Below are positions 1-14,288 of a DNA stretch of 64,000 nucleotides, piece by piece. The notes beneath the pieces are model-generated. The model did no database searches and was not told the origin of the DNA. It saw only the letters and a program-made list of their open reading frames with translations. The position numbers and the translations under genes were made by a program. Each line of letters begins with the position of its first letter. The stretch's first letter is position 1. The stretch is taken from NCBI GenBank assembly GCA_004022145.1, contig RCNU01000007.1. The stretch is one strand, 5' to 3'. Origin of the DNA: Paecilomyces variotii. Lineage: Eukaryota.

Positions 1-3000
1 CATGATTCTGCGTCGGACATATACATATGGTTTACAGATGTTCTATTAGCGAGGAGGAAGGCTTCCCCAAGGGTTCTCATTGCCCTTGCTGAACTCTTTC
101 AGAGTGTTCTCGCCTCTAATCCTGGCTACGAAAGGAATGACTCGGGACCGTCACCGCGAACCAGCCTTTTCAATATTCTTCGCGAAGGCGATATATCGGT
201 TAAATTCTTCCTGGCGAGGCTAGTTCCGAGTATTTTCAGCAGGTACCTCCTCACGGATCATGACGCGATATTCGATGATGTGCTTGATAGCCTCCCGCGG
301 GACCCAGATTGGACTGAAGGAATAGCAGTTCGACTATATGCACTGGCTCAGTTGGCATCACGGTGGCACACGTTGCTTCGCAGGAGCATCTACCACATGT
401 TTGAAGCACCCGGCCAAGTGCCACAGTCGGCTCCTTATGCTGAGAAATGCTTGAAGAATGTCTCCGACGCGCTCGGTCTGAAGGACGCAAAGGGGATATT
501 CCGACTATTTGCCTCTCAGATCATATATACGTGGACCGAGTCGCAGTCGATAAGCTCAATGCCTTTCACAATCTTCGGATACAGTAGTCTGAAAGACATG
601 CTACTGGACGTCCAAGACGAAGTAGTGGGTCAGATCATGATGCGAGCAAACGATCAAGAAGCGAGCGAAGCTTCTGTCTTACTGGGTGTTCCATTCACGG
701 ATCTCCTTTCGGAGTCATTCCACAAAGCCGAAGCATATACAATTGCTCGTGATATCAGCATACCACCTTCTCAGAATAGCCAACCAAATGGCGTTGAGAA
801 GCGTATAAAAAGTACTCTTGGAACAGATCAGTTCATAACCCTGGTTGAAGGTCGTTTCCCGCAGATCGTCGCAACACTTTTTAGGTCTCTTGACAAGGAA
901 GAACAGATTGAGAAGGCATTTACTAAACGTGCACACTTCCACTACGCACTGGAAACCCTGAAGCGTATTATGGACAAAGGCGCCTCCGCTGCTATTCTTC
1001 CTGCTAACCCGCAACCTTCATTCAGAGCCCGCTACCTTCTCGATGAGCTGGAATTTCTTTGTAGGCGAAGTGGCTATGACCTCGAAAAAATGTGGACTCC
1101 AGCTCTAGCTTCTTTCGTCTGTCGAACGCTTCTAGAGTCAATGCATCCCTCTCTAGGCTCCCTTTATGCATGTTCAGTCATTCGCAAAATCCGAATTCTG
1201 GTGTGTATAGCAGGACCCGTTATGCTTCAAGATTATCCATTGGAACTCTGTCTCCATGCGCTTTGCCCACTTCTCACGGACTCACAATGCTGCGAAGATG
1301 CGCTGGGTGTCTTCTGGTATTTGCTGGAAGCAGGTCAGGCATACCTCTCCGAGAATCCTGGATTTACTGCCGGCATAGCAATTTTGACACTTTCTTCATT
1401 GAGCAACTTTCTAGACTCCAGCGCAGAAAGCACCAGCCAGGAGAGCCAATATAGAGCGACTTCATCCAAAGCGGTTGAATTTCGCAACTGGTTGGGTAGC
1501 TTTCTGAAGAACTACAAGGCATCAAGTATGGATGAAGGGACCGAAGAGTCTTTCCAGCGCATGGTTAGATCATCACAAGGGCTGCGCGTGTCCGGAAATC
1601 CTACGAAAGGTACCCACGAAAGTGATTTGCTGTTCGAACTACTGCAAGATAGAGCCTCTGGGCGAAATCTCCTGAGCAGACCGATATCTGATTTGGTCAT
1701 ATCGCTCGTTGGCGCACGATTCCAGAAGTCTCCAGATTCCCGCAGTGATATTCTCGGTGAAGATGATGTTGCTGCCGCTAATGCAGTAGCTGTCTGGGAA
1801 ACCGTTAGAAGTGGTAATCCTGGAAGCCAATACCGGCTATGGGCTGCTAGAGTCATTGGAAGAGCATACGCTTCGACGGGAAAAATCAGTGATGCTCTCC
1901 TGAGGGAACAAGATCCTGATTTATTCAAAGATCGGTTCCGTGGACTAGGATCGGATCCCTATTCTTCATCCAAGATTGCCATACTTCAAATGCTTTGTGA
2001 GGCTTTGCCTAAGGGCGGTGCTTTTGAGGGTGGTCTGATCGAGCGCACATTGCAAGTTATTATCAGCAAGCTCTCTGCTTATCCCGAACTGGAGCATTGT
2101 GGCCATGCTGTACCAAGTTCTTTGATGAAAAGTCTCATTTGGGACCCTTACCAGTGCCCTGCTATATCACTCTCCAGCTCTGAAATAGAGTCTCTCGAAG
2201 GCAGGATAGATTGGGACAACAGACTCTCTGTTTCTCATTGGGCTCGCAATATTGCTCTATCCCTCGCAACAGCAGCCGCAGATGATCCCGTCATTGGCCC
2301 TCTTGGAAAGGTCCTGTACTGGATCCCAGAGCTATCGGTGAGATTATTGCCTTACATACTTCACGACGTCCTGCTTTCGGAAGTCGACGGTGATCAGGTT
2401 TCTAGGCGGGCGGTCTCCGAAGTCTTCCGACGGTGTTTACGCGATATTGATGAACGGAGCGTGCCGCACGCTCGGCTGGTGATCAATACGATACTTTACC
2501 TGAGAAACCAACCAAAGCCTCACGAGTCAACAATTGTGGACCGTGATGAATGGCTTGATATCGACTACTGTGAGACTTCCTTAGCTGCTACTCGATGCCG
2601 AATGTATAAGACTTCGTTACTCTTTGCCGAAATCCAGGCTTCGCGTTCTATGAAGACCTCTCGAAGATCTTCCGCCGTTAGACAGAGCCTCCCTATCGAT
2701 CTACTGCACGACATATTCCGAAATATTGATGATCCAGATTCTTTTTATGGCATCCAACAAGAGGCGTCTTTGAGATCGGTGATGGAAAAGCTTGATTATG
2801 AAAGTGCAGGAATTAAGAACCTTCTCTTCCAGAGCGCTCAGTACGACAGTGATGTGCAGATGTCGGGAGAGGCAAGCGCATTTTCCGTCATTAAAGCGCT
2901 CAATTCCACTAATCTGCAAGGGCTCGCGAGCGCAATGCTCTCATCTCCTGCTGCTTTGAAGCGAACGTCAGCTCCGTTCGAAAGTATGCTTTCAACAGCG

Positions 3001-5965
3001 ATGAGTCTGCAACAATGGGACATTCCCGTTCCATCTTCCAAGACTTCTCCAACTGGTGTGCTTTTCAAGACGTTCCAAGGTCTGAGTACTTCAGAAAGCA
3101 GCACCGACATACCAAAACTTCTCGATGAATCTTTCGTAATTCTGCTGGATCATCTCGGTGAGAGTAATCAATCTGTAACATCGCTACGCAGCGTGATGAA
3201 GGCTCTTGGTATATTGACAGAGGTTGACGAGGTGCTGTGCTCATCATCTTCCGCGCAGATCGAAGACGAATGGGAGAAGATAACATCACGAGAGAAATGG
3301 TTCAAATGGGAGAGGTACGTTAAAAGAACATCATGTGCGTTGTCCCGGCTTGATATCTGATGACTATCTTTCAAGTTTCCACGACATCGATCAAATTCTA
3401 CACTGCCGTGAGGCACTTTTCTCGTTAATGAGCCACAAGGATCATCTCAGATCATCACTCAATTTAAGTTTGGAATGCACCAATCTCCTTCAGGCCAAGG
3501 TGATTAAAGAATCTCTTAGCATCGCCAGAGATCATCAGATCCCCCAAGCGTCTTTGAGATATGCTATTTCTCTATCGAAACTCGCTCAGGTCTGCGACGA
3601 TCTCGGTGTCAACATCGATGGATCAGCCAAATTTGACCTTGCTAATGTCCTCTGGGACCAAGGTGAAATGACGACATCTATCCAAATGCTGCAACAAGTG
3701 AACGACCAGAACGATCTACACAAACAAGCCATCCCAGTTAGCCGTGCTCTACTACTTTCCAGTCTGGTAAGCATTAGACCTCAGGTAAGAGAGAGTGCTA
3801 GATATCTAATGTGCTATAGGGTCATCACGTCGCCGAGGCTCGCTTAGAAAAGCCCGAAGCCATTATTCAGGAATACTTGGTTCCTGCAGTAAAGGAATTG
3901 AAATCTAATTTGGTAGGGGAAGAGCCCGGTCGTGTTTTCCATGTGTTCGCCGCCTTCTGTGATCAGCAGCTGCAGAATCCAGACGGTCTGGAGGACTTCA
4001 AACGTGTAGAGCAACTCCGGGACCGTAAAGAGAAGGAAGTCATTGCCCTCGAAAAAATGATGAAAACTGCAGAAGGAAGAGAAAGAGAAACGCTGAAGAT
4101 GCACAGGACGAAGGCCAAGCAATGGTTCGAACTCGACGACCGCGATTACCAACGGTTAAAGAAAGGTCGAGAAGCGTTCTTACAGCAGTGTCTCGAGAAC
4201 TACCTACTTTGCCTTAAAGCAAGTGACACTCACAACAATGACGCTCTACGTTTCTGTGCACTCTGGCTGGACAATTCGGACAGCCAGATCGCGAACACTG
4301 CTGTTTCCAAGTATATCTCTCAGGTCCCGAGTCGGAAGTTTGCCCCATTGATGAATCAGCTATCTTCTCGGTTGCTTGACGTGCCGAACGAATTCCAAAC
4401 GACACTATTTGCTCTTCTATTTCGCATATGTGTCGAGCATCCGTACCATGGTATGTATCAGATATTTGCTAGCAGCAAGTCTAAAGCCGGCAAGGACGAG
4501 ACGTCCGTGGCTCGCCATCAGGCTGCAGGGAAGCTTGTGGATAAATTGAAGAATGATCGACATGCTGGCTCGACTTGGGTCGCTATCCACAACACGAATA
4601 TCAGTTACGTCAGGTTTGCTATTGATAGGCCCGATGAGAAAATTAAGACCGGGGCCAAAGTGCCGCTCAAGAAGCTTGCTACTGGTCAACGTCTAGAGCA
4701 AGATGCAACGAACCTGAAGTTACCGCCGCCTACAATGCGGATTGAGCTTCGAGTCGATTGCAATTATAAGGATGTCCCTAAGGTCGTCCGCTTTCATCCC
4801 GAATTTACTGTCGCTTCGGGAGTCAGTGCCCCTAAGATCGTAACGGCTATTGCTAGCGATGGTCAGCGGTATAAGCAACTGGTAGGATGCTGCATCTAGC
4901 TGAAAGGACTATATTGACTCGCTACAGGTGAAAGGAGGAAATGACGATCTTCGCCAAGATGCTATCATGGAGCAAGTATTCGAACAAGTCAGCAACCTTC
5001 TGAAGGACCATAGGGCCACACAGCAGCGCGGCCTAGGTATCAGGACATACAAAGTCCTTCCACTCACTTCCAATGCGGGAATCATCGAATTCGTACCGAA
5101 CACAATTCCATTGCATGACTACCTGATGCCTGCGCACCAGAGGTACTTCCCGAAGGACATGAAGCCCAATGCTTGCCGCAAGCATATCAGCGATGTACAG
5201 ACTAGGTCATTCGAGCAGCGTGTCAGGACGTTCCGCCAGGTCACAGACCACTTCCACCCCGTAATGCGGTTCTTCTTCATGGAAAAGTTCAACAACCCCG
5301 ATGACTGGTTTTGCAGACGTCTAGCGTATACTAGGAGCACCGCTGCAATCTCCATTCTGGGTTACGTTCTCGGTCTTGGAGACAGGCATGGCCACAATAT
5401 TCTCCTCGATGAGAAGACAGGAGAGGTAGTGCACATTGATCTTGGAGTAGCCTTTGAGCAGGGTCGTGTGCTTCCCGTCCCTGAAGTTGTTCCTTTCCGC
5501 TTGACTCGGGACCTAGTTGACGGAATGGGAATCACGAAGACAGAGGGCGTCTTCCGTCGATGTTGTGAATTCACTCTTGAGGCCTTGCGGGAAGAATCGT
5601 ACAGCATCATGACGATTCTTGATGTCCTTCGCTATGATCCTTTATACAGCTGGACTGTATCACCTCTGCGGATGAAACGGATGCAAGAGACCCAGGAAGC
5701 TGGTGGCGGTGCGCCTCAACTGCCTATCGCAGCTGGAAAGGGCACAGGCAATGAACCAAGTGAGGCGGACCGAGCCTTGACAATTGTTGAAAAGAAACTG
5801 AGCAAGACTCTGAGCGTGACTGCGACGGTGAACGAGTTAATCCAGCAAGCCACCGACGAAAGAAATCTCGCTGTTTTGTATTGTGGTATGTGCTCTCTTT
5901 TCGTTTCTACATGGAACTTCGTTAAGCTAACTGCCAAATTTGCAGGGTGGGCTGCCTATGCATGA
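1..5965 (+). CDS. tel1: Serine/threonine PIKK kinase Tel1/ATM, 5'-truncated by the window edge; introns approx. 3315-3375, 3767-3819, 4882-4927, 5886-5945
   Basis: Frame 1 is open from base 1. FAT region, PI3K-like catalytic motifs ([36 protein letters not shown]) and FATC end ([13 protein letters not shown] after splicing). GT..AG introns join the ORF pieces in frame. Confidence 0.96.
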
Positions 5966-6782
5966 ATGATTTTGTTTCGCCGCCTCGAGGAGGGAGTTTA
6001 GCGAAGTGAGTCTTTCATGACGACCTTAAAAGGATATATATTCTGTCTCCAAAAAGATGCCAGTATACTGTTGCTTTTGTGGCCTGCCACTGCATAGTTA
6101 CAAATGGGGCGTCCTGGAAAACAACCCTCACAGGGAATTCTGCACATAATAAGGTACCTAGGTATTTAATGTTTAACGTTTGGCCTAGCAATAAGAAAAT
6201 GGAACGATTCCAGTAGTCAGATAGTATGTATAGAGGATTACCGAATACTTTAATCTCTTGCGCTGCAATCTGCGTATCGTATTGAACTATCTACCTACGT
6301 AAGCAGTAGCTAGTTGCTCTCTTGAATTTGAGGATAGGGCTCGTATATGGGAAGTTCAATTCAGAATTACTACCATAGATATGATCACGTGATTCAGATT
6401 CGCAGACCCACTTGACCACCCGATTAGGAACGTCCCAGTTTGAACCTTGTAGCTAGAGAATAATACTTGGCTTTACTTGCATTGATAGATCTCTTCTTTG
6501 TTCCAAGGGACGGATTGAGGTCATATCCGCTACAACTGCGCCATTTACCGTTGCTCCTTTTGGTACTCAACAGTAGTTGACACCATTGGGAATTATTTAT
6601 GTCATCATTCCTGATAAGCCGGTTCTGATGACTCTACAACATGGAAGCAACGGGATTCTAGAGGCTGAGTTATTTGCGCTGGAGACTCCACTTGTCTCCT
6701 AATTGATTTTGACATATAAGGACCGTGTAATATCTTGTGGACTGTCTCTCGTGCCTAACCTATCAGCGAGCACGTAACGACG

Positions 6783-8468
6783 ATGACGACCAACTCCCTC
6801 ATGGAAAACCGGGGGATAGCTGTGTTCTCTGGTGGGAGTGCAGCTAACAACCTTGTCGATGTCTTCGAGACAGTGAGAGAGAGCAAGAATTGTCCTCTTA
6901 GCTACATCATCCCCATCAGTGATAACGGTGGCTCATCATCAGAGCTGATAAGAGTATTCGGAGGACCAGGTATTGGAGACGTCCGAAGTAAGTTCCAGTC
7001 TATAGAAAGAAAATACAAGCGTAACTTTTTGTTTGCGTCCAGAACTAACAATAGATAAATAGGCAGGCTGGTGCGGCTCATTCCGGAATCACCACCGAAT
7101 TCTGAACGTGGGGCTATCAAGACGCTCTTCAACCACCGACTTAATGCCAATGATTCTGTGTTAGCCCATGATGAGTGGCATTCAATTGTCGATGGCACTT
7201 CAGAACTCTGGAAGACCATTACGCCTGCGAAGAAGGAGCTAATTCGTTCCTTTTTCAACCTGCTAAACCTTGAGATTCTCAAGCGTGCACGTCCACCAAC
7301 GTCGACGTTCGACTTCACTTCTGCAAGCGTTGGCAACCTATTTCTGACAGGGGCACGTCTGTTCAGTGGTAGTTTCGAGAGTGCCATCTATCTGCTAGGC
7401 AGCATATGTGGAGTACCTTCAGATCATGTCCGTGTGATCCCGGCGATCAACTCAAACTTCTCACATCACATCTCTGCTTCCCTTGCCGATGGCACCATCA
7501 TCGTAGGCCAGAACAGTATCTCCCATCCTAGTGAGGCATCGGCTCTCCAACCCCACCCAGGTGGGAGGCGTCCTAGCCTGTTGCTAGCGGACGGTGACGA
7601 AGAAGAGTCATCTGATGCGTCGGATGCGGTCCCTTACGAGGAAGATCACTTGCCAGGTTCCCTTCCTACACTACGCAACAAAAACATCTCATTCAGCAAA
7701 TCGGGAAATGAGGACCTCCCATCTCGTATCTCCCGCATCTGGTATATCAATCCATATGGTCAGGAGATTCGACCGCCTGCAAACCCGCGTGTGCTGGAAG
7801 CTATCCGTGACTCTCAGGCTATAATCTATAGCATTGGGTCCTTATATACGTCTATCATCCCCGTGATCATTCTCCGCGGCGTTGGCGAAGCCATTGTATC
7901 CAGTACCGCCAGACACAAGATTCTTATCCTGAATGGCTCCCTCGATCGAGAAACGGGCCCACCGTCACAACCATTCACGGCTGTTGATTTCGTCGAAGCT
8001 ATTGCTCGTGCTGGAGAGGAAAGTCGGAGTCGCCGTTCAAATCATCGAACCGAAGTCGCACCACAACCTCTTTCTCCGACTATTGCTACTAACCATAATA
8101 CTATTGATTCCAATCCGTCTACTTCACCATCACCTCCTACCCCGCCTACCATTGACCTTCCGTACACCTCTTATATCACTCATATCCTACATCTCGACGG
8201 GCCGGGAACGCCTAAGGTAGAACGTGAGCGTCTTGCTGATATGGGAATCGAGACATTACGGCTATATGGAAGAAAGATCATCTCGATGGATGAAGACAGA
8301 GAGGTGGTACTCGGTATGCAGTATGATTCGACAGCCCTTGTCCAAGCGTTGGAAGTTGTGCTAGGGAAGAAAGGGGACGCCATGGTCAGGGGCCTTGGAG
8401 GTGGTGTGAGTAGGAGGAATACTCTCGAAGGCAGAGTGGGAAGAGACAAATCGAAATCTCCTAGATGA
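6783..8468 (+). CDS. CofD/UPF0052 (YvcK-like, yeast YNL011C-like) family protein; intron 6988-7062
   Basis: Family motifs VFSGGSA, ISDNGGSS, GPGIGDVRSRL, ASVGNLFL and IYSIGSLYTSI. The splice restores DVRS-RLVRL. Confidence 0.85.
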
Positions 8469-8712
8469 TGTAAGAGCACAAAAAATATACGTAGATGTAG
8501 GGTGGATATAGGCGCACTAGACTGACATTTGGCGTGAATTGCATACGGGCAAAGATGGCATGTCTACTGTTTGATAATCAGGTTATCCATAATTTTATTT
8601 GAGAAACTTGGTATCTAATCCATGACTATGCCCGCTGTGAAGTTGTAATCCATGAACGCCCGCTCCGCATATTCCCATAAGTACATAACGAACCCCCTCG
8701 AAGGATGGATAG

Positions 8713-9460
8713 CTAAATGCTTTCTGTAGTCTGCGGTTCTCGTGGCTGATGGTTGTCTCTTTTTTTGGTCATTAGCTTGAGTGTCAGTGGCACCAGATTT
8801 CTCCTTGGCCCCGGCACATCATTGCGTGTAAGTGGTTTTCGACACACTGGACAGTTTCCGCGTGGCCCTTTACCAGATGAGTCCGATCGCTGCTCTTCGC
8901 TGAATTTGAGGGTATCAATGATACATTTGTGACAGAAAAGATGGCCTATTTAGATGACAGATATCCAGTTAGATCTGAGTTCTAATCACTTTGTACCGCA
9001 CAAAAAGGGTCTGGTACTTACCACAGATCGTACTGGTCGCATCCACAGGGGTGTCCATACATACAGGGCATTTGTAGGCCGTCAGAACGGACCGCCCCTC
9101 CCCATCCCTTGCAGGACCCTGAGCTCTGATTGCATCTTCGCGCTGCTTGGCTAAAGCCTTAGACAGAGCGTTATCGTCCTCCACTTCCGTCAAATCGACA
9201 GATTCTATATTGCTATCGTCTCCTACAAACATAGGAGCAGCAGCTGACGACGACGACGCTCTTGTAGAGGGATCTGAGACGTCTAACCGTCGGCGCTTTG
9301 CACCACGTGGTGGTGCTTCAGTCGACCGTGATGATGATTGGCTTGTGTCTCGAGATGAATTGATGATGGGGGGAAAGTGACGTGAAGAAGAGCCTTCTGC
9401 AGGTGGCTGATGCGATGAACTGGGTGCCAAATCCACCACTGATGGAGAGCTCCGATCCAT
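8713..9460 (-). CDS. Small C3HC4 RING protein with SUMO-interacting-like motifs (Slx8/Rfp-type SUMO-targeted ubiquitin ligase subunit); intron 8946-9021; start could lie upstream, as far as 9748
   Basis: Spliced RING CPVC...CGHLFCHKC...CPVC at the C-terminus. SIM-like VVDL and SVDLT in a disordered N-terminus. Stop TAG at 8713-8715. Confidence 0.8.
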
Positions 9461-9973
9461 GATAGTAGAGGAAATACGCGAAAGAACTGTATATGTGTTA
9501 GCAGAACTCTCACTTTTAACCTCCAGATAGTCGGCGATTACCGGTGTAGTGACGAAACTCCGCAGGTTTCTAGGTAGACGTTGTCTGAGGGTGACTGCAC
9601 TCACGATTTGCTGTACAAAGATATGCTCAACTAGCCATCGAAAGGCGAGTGTTAATGAGCAATGCCATTCCCAGAGATGGCCTGGAGAAGTAGTGGGGTG
9701 GACGGCAGAATAATAATAATGCAGAGAAGAAGCCGATGTCAGCGCCATGACGATGACGAAGGCGGTGAGCTTTTGGGAAATGATTACTAATCCGGCCAGA
9801 TCCGGCGAGCTTGACGCCTTAGGCTTCAGGCTAACACATGCTGCAGGAATCAGTAACTACCATAAAGGTGACTATCTGCAGGCAACGCTGCGCTCGTCGA
9901 TCTAAGGGTTGCTCAGCGCATCCCACCTCGATATCATGCTATCCCATTGAGCATACACTTCACATGCTTCAGT

Positions 9974-12900
9974 ATGCTCTTGACTCCTGCCTGTGCTCCC
10001 TACTCGAGGAGTGTGGTCCGGGTATCGACGAGAGGATTGCGCTCGCCACGGTACCTCATAACGCGGCCTCTACCATCATCATTAGTGAGATTTTATGCCG
10101 CGCAACCTTCGTCTAGTGATGCCAAAGAAGGGCGCCACCTGAAGACACTTGCGCGTAAGTTTCCGGAGTCAAGATTCTCTTTATTCCTTTTCTTATACGC
10201 AGGTTGACTCGTACAAAGTGCTGATGGCCATTTGCTTTAGTACCGTCCACCGCTCGATTTAATGAAATCGGTGTGCAACAATTGAGCGACTATGTCCATT
10301 CGCAGGTATTCTTGAATAAGCCAACCCCCCCGGACCCCGAGTTGGTCGCTTTATCGAAAGATCACTTGTCTCGGCATGACCTACTGGGAAAATCGCAAGA
10401 TGCGAGCGACCCCATTGCGTTCCGCCTCCCCGCGCTCCGGGGCCAAACCCTCGACGAGCATTTCTATAAGCTTGGAATGGATTCATCAGAGCCCTATCTG
10501 GGCTACGCAAAATCTTGTGCCTCGATGAATGCGCCGCGGAAGCCCAAAAATTGGGTTAGAAGAAGTGGATGGACAAAGTACAATAGCGATGGGTCTTCGG
10601 AGCCTGTGGATGCGCCAAACGAGTCCATATTGACGTTCGACACAGAAGTCATGTGGAAAGAGAGCTCGTTCGCAGTCATGGCTTGCGCTGTCAGTCCCAC
10701 AGCCTGGTACGCATGGATATCTCCGTGGCTGCTCGGTGAATCGGAGAATGACCGCCATCTGGTGCCTCTTGGCGATCCTTCGCAGCCACGGATCGTTATT
10801 GGTCATAACATTGGATATGATCGAGCCCGGATATTGGAGGAGTATGATATTAAACAGTCACACAATTTCTTTCTTGATACGATGTCGCTCCATGTTGCCG
10901 TCAATGGGATGTGTTCACAACAGCGGCCTACTTGGATGCGACACCAAAAGAACAGGGATATGAGGGATAAAATCGCCAATGAGAGTAACTCGGCAGAGCT
11001 TGCCGCGCTGCTAGAGAACAAGGTCCTTAGTGAAGAGGAAGAGGAACTATGGGTAGGCAGAAGCTCAGTCAATTCTCTGCGGGATGTCGCCAAGTTCCAC
11101 TGCGATGTGACGATTGACAAGGCGCAAAGGGACTTTTTTGGAGAGCTTGACCGTGAAGGTATTCGCGAGAGGCTCGAGGAGCTTCTAGACTACTGCGCTG
11201 CCGACGTTGCAATCACGCACCAGGTCTACAAGAAAGTATTCCCTAATTTCCTCGAGGTTTGTCCTCATCCCGTCAGTTTTGGCGCTCTTCGACACCTATC
11301 TTCCGTGATCCTCCCCGTGGACCAGACATGGGAAGAATATCTTGCGAATGCTGAAGGAACCTATCATCAACGATTGCACGACGTTCAGCGGAAACTTGTC
11401 ATGCTTTGCGAAGAGGCATTGAAAGTGAAGGATGACCCAGAGATATATATGAATGATCCATGGCTGAGACAGCTGGACTGGTCAGGCCAGGAGATAAAGA
11501 TGGTGAAGGGCAAGAAGAAAGGAGATCCACCTCGTCCCGCGGCAAGGCAGAAGAAGCCGGGTATGCCCAAATGGTATAAGGATCTCTTTCCCACTATGAC
11601 TGCTGATATCAATCTCACGGTCCGGACCCGGATAGCACCCATTCTTCTCAAGCTATCGTGGGACGGCCATCCTCTCATCTGGTCGAATAAGTTTGGTTGG
11701 ACGTTCAAGATCCCCTTGGATCAAGCCAAACAGTATGAGAACCAACCTGTTGCCCCTTGTGACATGTCTGAGGAGGATAACCCTGAGCTCCGTGACGACC
11801 GGAAGCACATCTACTTCAAACTTCCGCACAAGGATGGACCCCAAGCTCGATGCATCAACCCCCTGGCTAAGGGGTATATGCAGTACTTTGAGCGCGGAAC
11901 GCTATCTTCTAAGTACGAACTTGCCAAGGAGGCCCTGGAAATGAACGCTTCTTGTTCATACTGGATCAGCGCGCGTGACCGCATCATGAGTCAAATGGTC
12001 GTGTACGAAGATGATGTACGGAATGTTGTGAAAGACCAGAAGCAGGCCAAGGATGGCAAAAAATTGGGTTTCATCCTACCGCAGATTATTCCAATGGGAA
12101 CTATAACACGAAGGGCTGTGGAAAATACATGGCTCACGGCAAGCAATGCCAAAGAGAACCGTGTCGGATCTGAACTCAAGGCTATGATCAAAGCTCCACC
12201 AGGGTATGTCTTCGTTGGTGCGGACGTTGACTCTCAGGAACTGTGGATTGCTAGTCTCGTTGGAGACGCCCAATTTCAACTTCATGGAGGCAATGCGATT
12301 GGGTTCATGACTTTGGAAGGTACCAAGGCCGCTGGAACTGACCTGCATTCCCGAACGGCCAAGATCCTTGGGATTTCCCGGAATGACGCGAAGGTTTTCA
12401 ACTATGGACGTATATATGGAGCAGGTCTTAAGTTCGCGGCGACCCTACTTCGTCAATTCAATCCGTCCATGTCGGAGAAAGAGACACATGAGATCGCGGC
12501 CAAACTGTATAAAGAGACCAAAGGTACTCGCACTACTCGCAAAATTCTGAGTGACGGTCCCTTCTGGCGTGGAGGCACGGAGTCATTCGTGTTCAACAAG
12601 CTTGAAGAATTTGCAGAACAAGAGAGACCCCGGACCCCCGCGCTTGGTGCTGGGATTACAGAAGCCCTCATGCGTCGTTTCATCAACAAAGGGAGCTTCA
12701 TGACGTCGCGTATCAACTGGGCCATCCAGTCTTCTGGTGTGGACTATCTCCATCTTCTTATTGTTTCCATGGAGTACCTGATCCGACGATTCAACCTCAA
12801 TGCTCGTTTGGCCATCACAGTCCATGATGAAATTCGGTACCTAGTGAAGGATGAAGACAAATATCGTGCGGCTCTGGCTTTGCAGGTTGCTAATGTGTGG

Positions 12901-13470
12901 ACCCGTGCGATGTTCTCCCAACAAGTTGGCATCGACGACCTGCCTCAATCCTGCGCCTATTTCTCCGCCGTTGACATTGACCACGTCCTGCGGAAGGAGG
13001 TCAACATGGACTGTGTAACGCCGTCTCATCCGAAGAAGATCCCGCATGGTGAGAGCCTGGACATTAACCAGATCCTGGATAAAGGCTCTGCAGCTTTCCT
13101 TGACCCTAAGGTCGAGTCTCTCTCCCCTCCATCTCCTGATCGATTCACATATACACCCCGAAAGTCAGTCATGTCCACTCTGCAGACATCCAATCACCCC
13201 GCATTCATTAAAGCACAAATCACGAGTAGTGATCATGAGCTCCGCGAGATCATCAAAGAAGCCGTCAAAAGCGATTCGACATCTACGTCGTCGACGGCGC
13301 GGTCTCGGAAGCCAAAGACACCGCCCCCTGCGCAACCACAGGGAGCAATCTTGATGGACGTCCAGTCTGGCCTCTACCACGACTTCAGATCTGCCCCACA
13401 AGGAAGCAAGTCTCCTCAATTCACCATCAGCAAGTACTCTTATAAGCCACGACCTTGGGCTCGTGTCTGA
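9974..13470 (+). CDS. mip1: Mitochondrial DNA polymerase gamma; intron 10155-10240
   Basis: Arg/Ser-rich presequence-like exon 1. Exonuclease motifs FDTE, GHNIGYD, YCAAD. Family A polymerase motifs VGADVDSQE, AKVFNYGRIYG, ITVHDEIRY. Confidence 0.97.
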
Positions 13471-14288
13471 GTCACTACTTTATCTTTCTCTTGTGTATTT
13501 TCTGTTATTTCTTATGGAGTGCAAATACTCTTTTGCGTTATATCATTCTTCGCCTGTCTTATTTCTTTTCATTTCGTGTGTATTATTCTATTGTTGGATG
13601 CATTGGGTCGGCGCTGGTCTACGATGCTGTTTTCTGGATAGTGTATGAGGACGGCTATTAGTTACGACTCACTGGTGCATGTACTATAGAGTATACGAAC
13701 CCGTCGACGCGAGTGACAGCTGCAGGGCAGAGTCGCTTTGTACTGTATATGTGTGAAAATCCGAAGAGCTGTGTTATTTTCTAGTATTATTAGGACGGGT
13801 GGCTACCGACCGTGTCGTTATCCGGGTCAATTGAGATGAGATGGCTAAGACAATCTAAGTATTAATCGAGCTCAAACAGGCGGGCCAGGAGGGGCTCTCC
13901 CGTGCCGTCATTGCGTTCGATGGATGGTTCTACGCCAGACTCGATACTTAATAATAATAATAGCTTCCACTCCCGAGACGTTTTATCTCATCGCAGAAGG
14001 CCCCTTGCTTTACTCCCGTATGATGTTTTCTTCGCTCACTTTGACGATTGGTTCGATCGCGTGGGGTGATCGCCCGCACAAGGTCAGGTTTCAAGAACGT
14101 TGAAGCTCCACGAGCTCTGTTGAGGACCCAGCAGCACACGCCAATTCCTCAGCTTCCAACTTATTCTTTTCGATATGGAAGTTAAGAAAGTCATGGTCGC
14201 CTAATGGTGGCAACTGAGACATCGACGGTCGAAAGTTCATCTTGCAGACAAGGTGCTGATACGACATCACGGCAACAGCTCAGTCGCG

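Noticed and set aside
10155-10240. Possible nested intron (stwintron) in mip1 (internal CAG|GTTGAC at about 10200)
   Set aside because: No convincing branch point precedes the internal AG, and a single intron already restores the frame.
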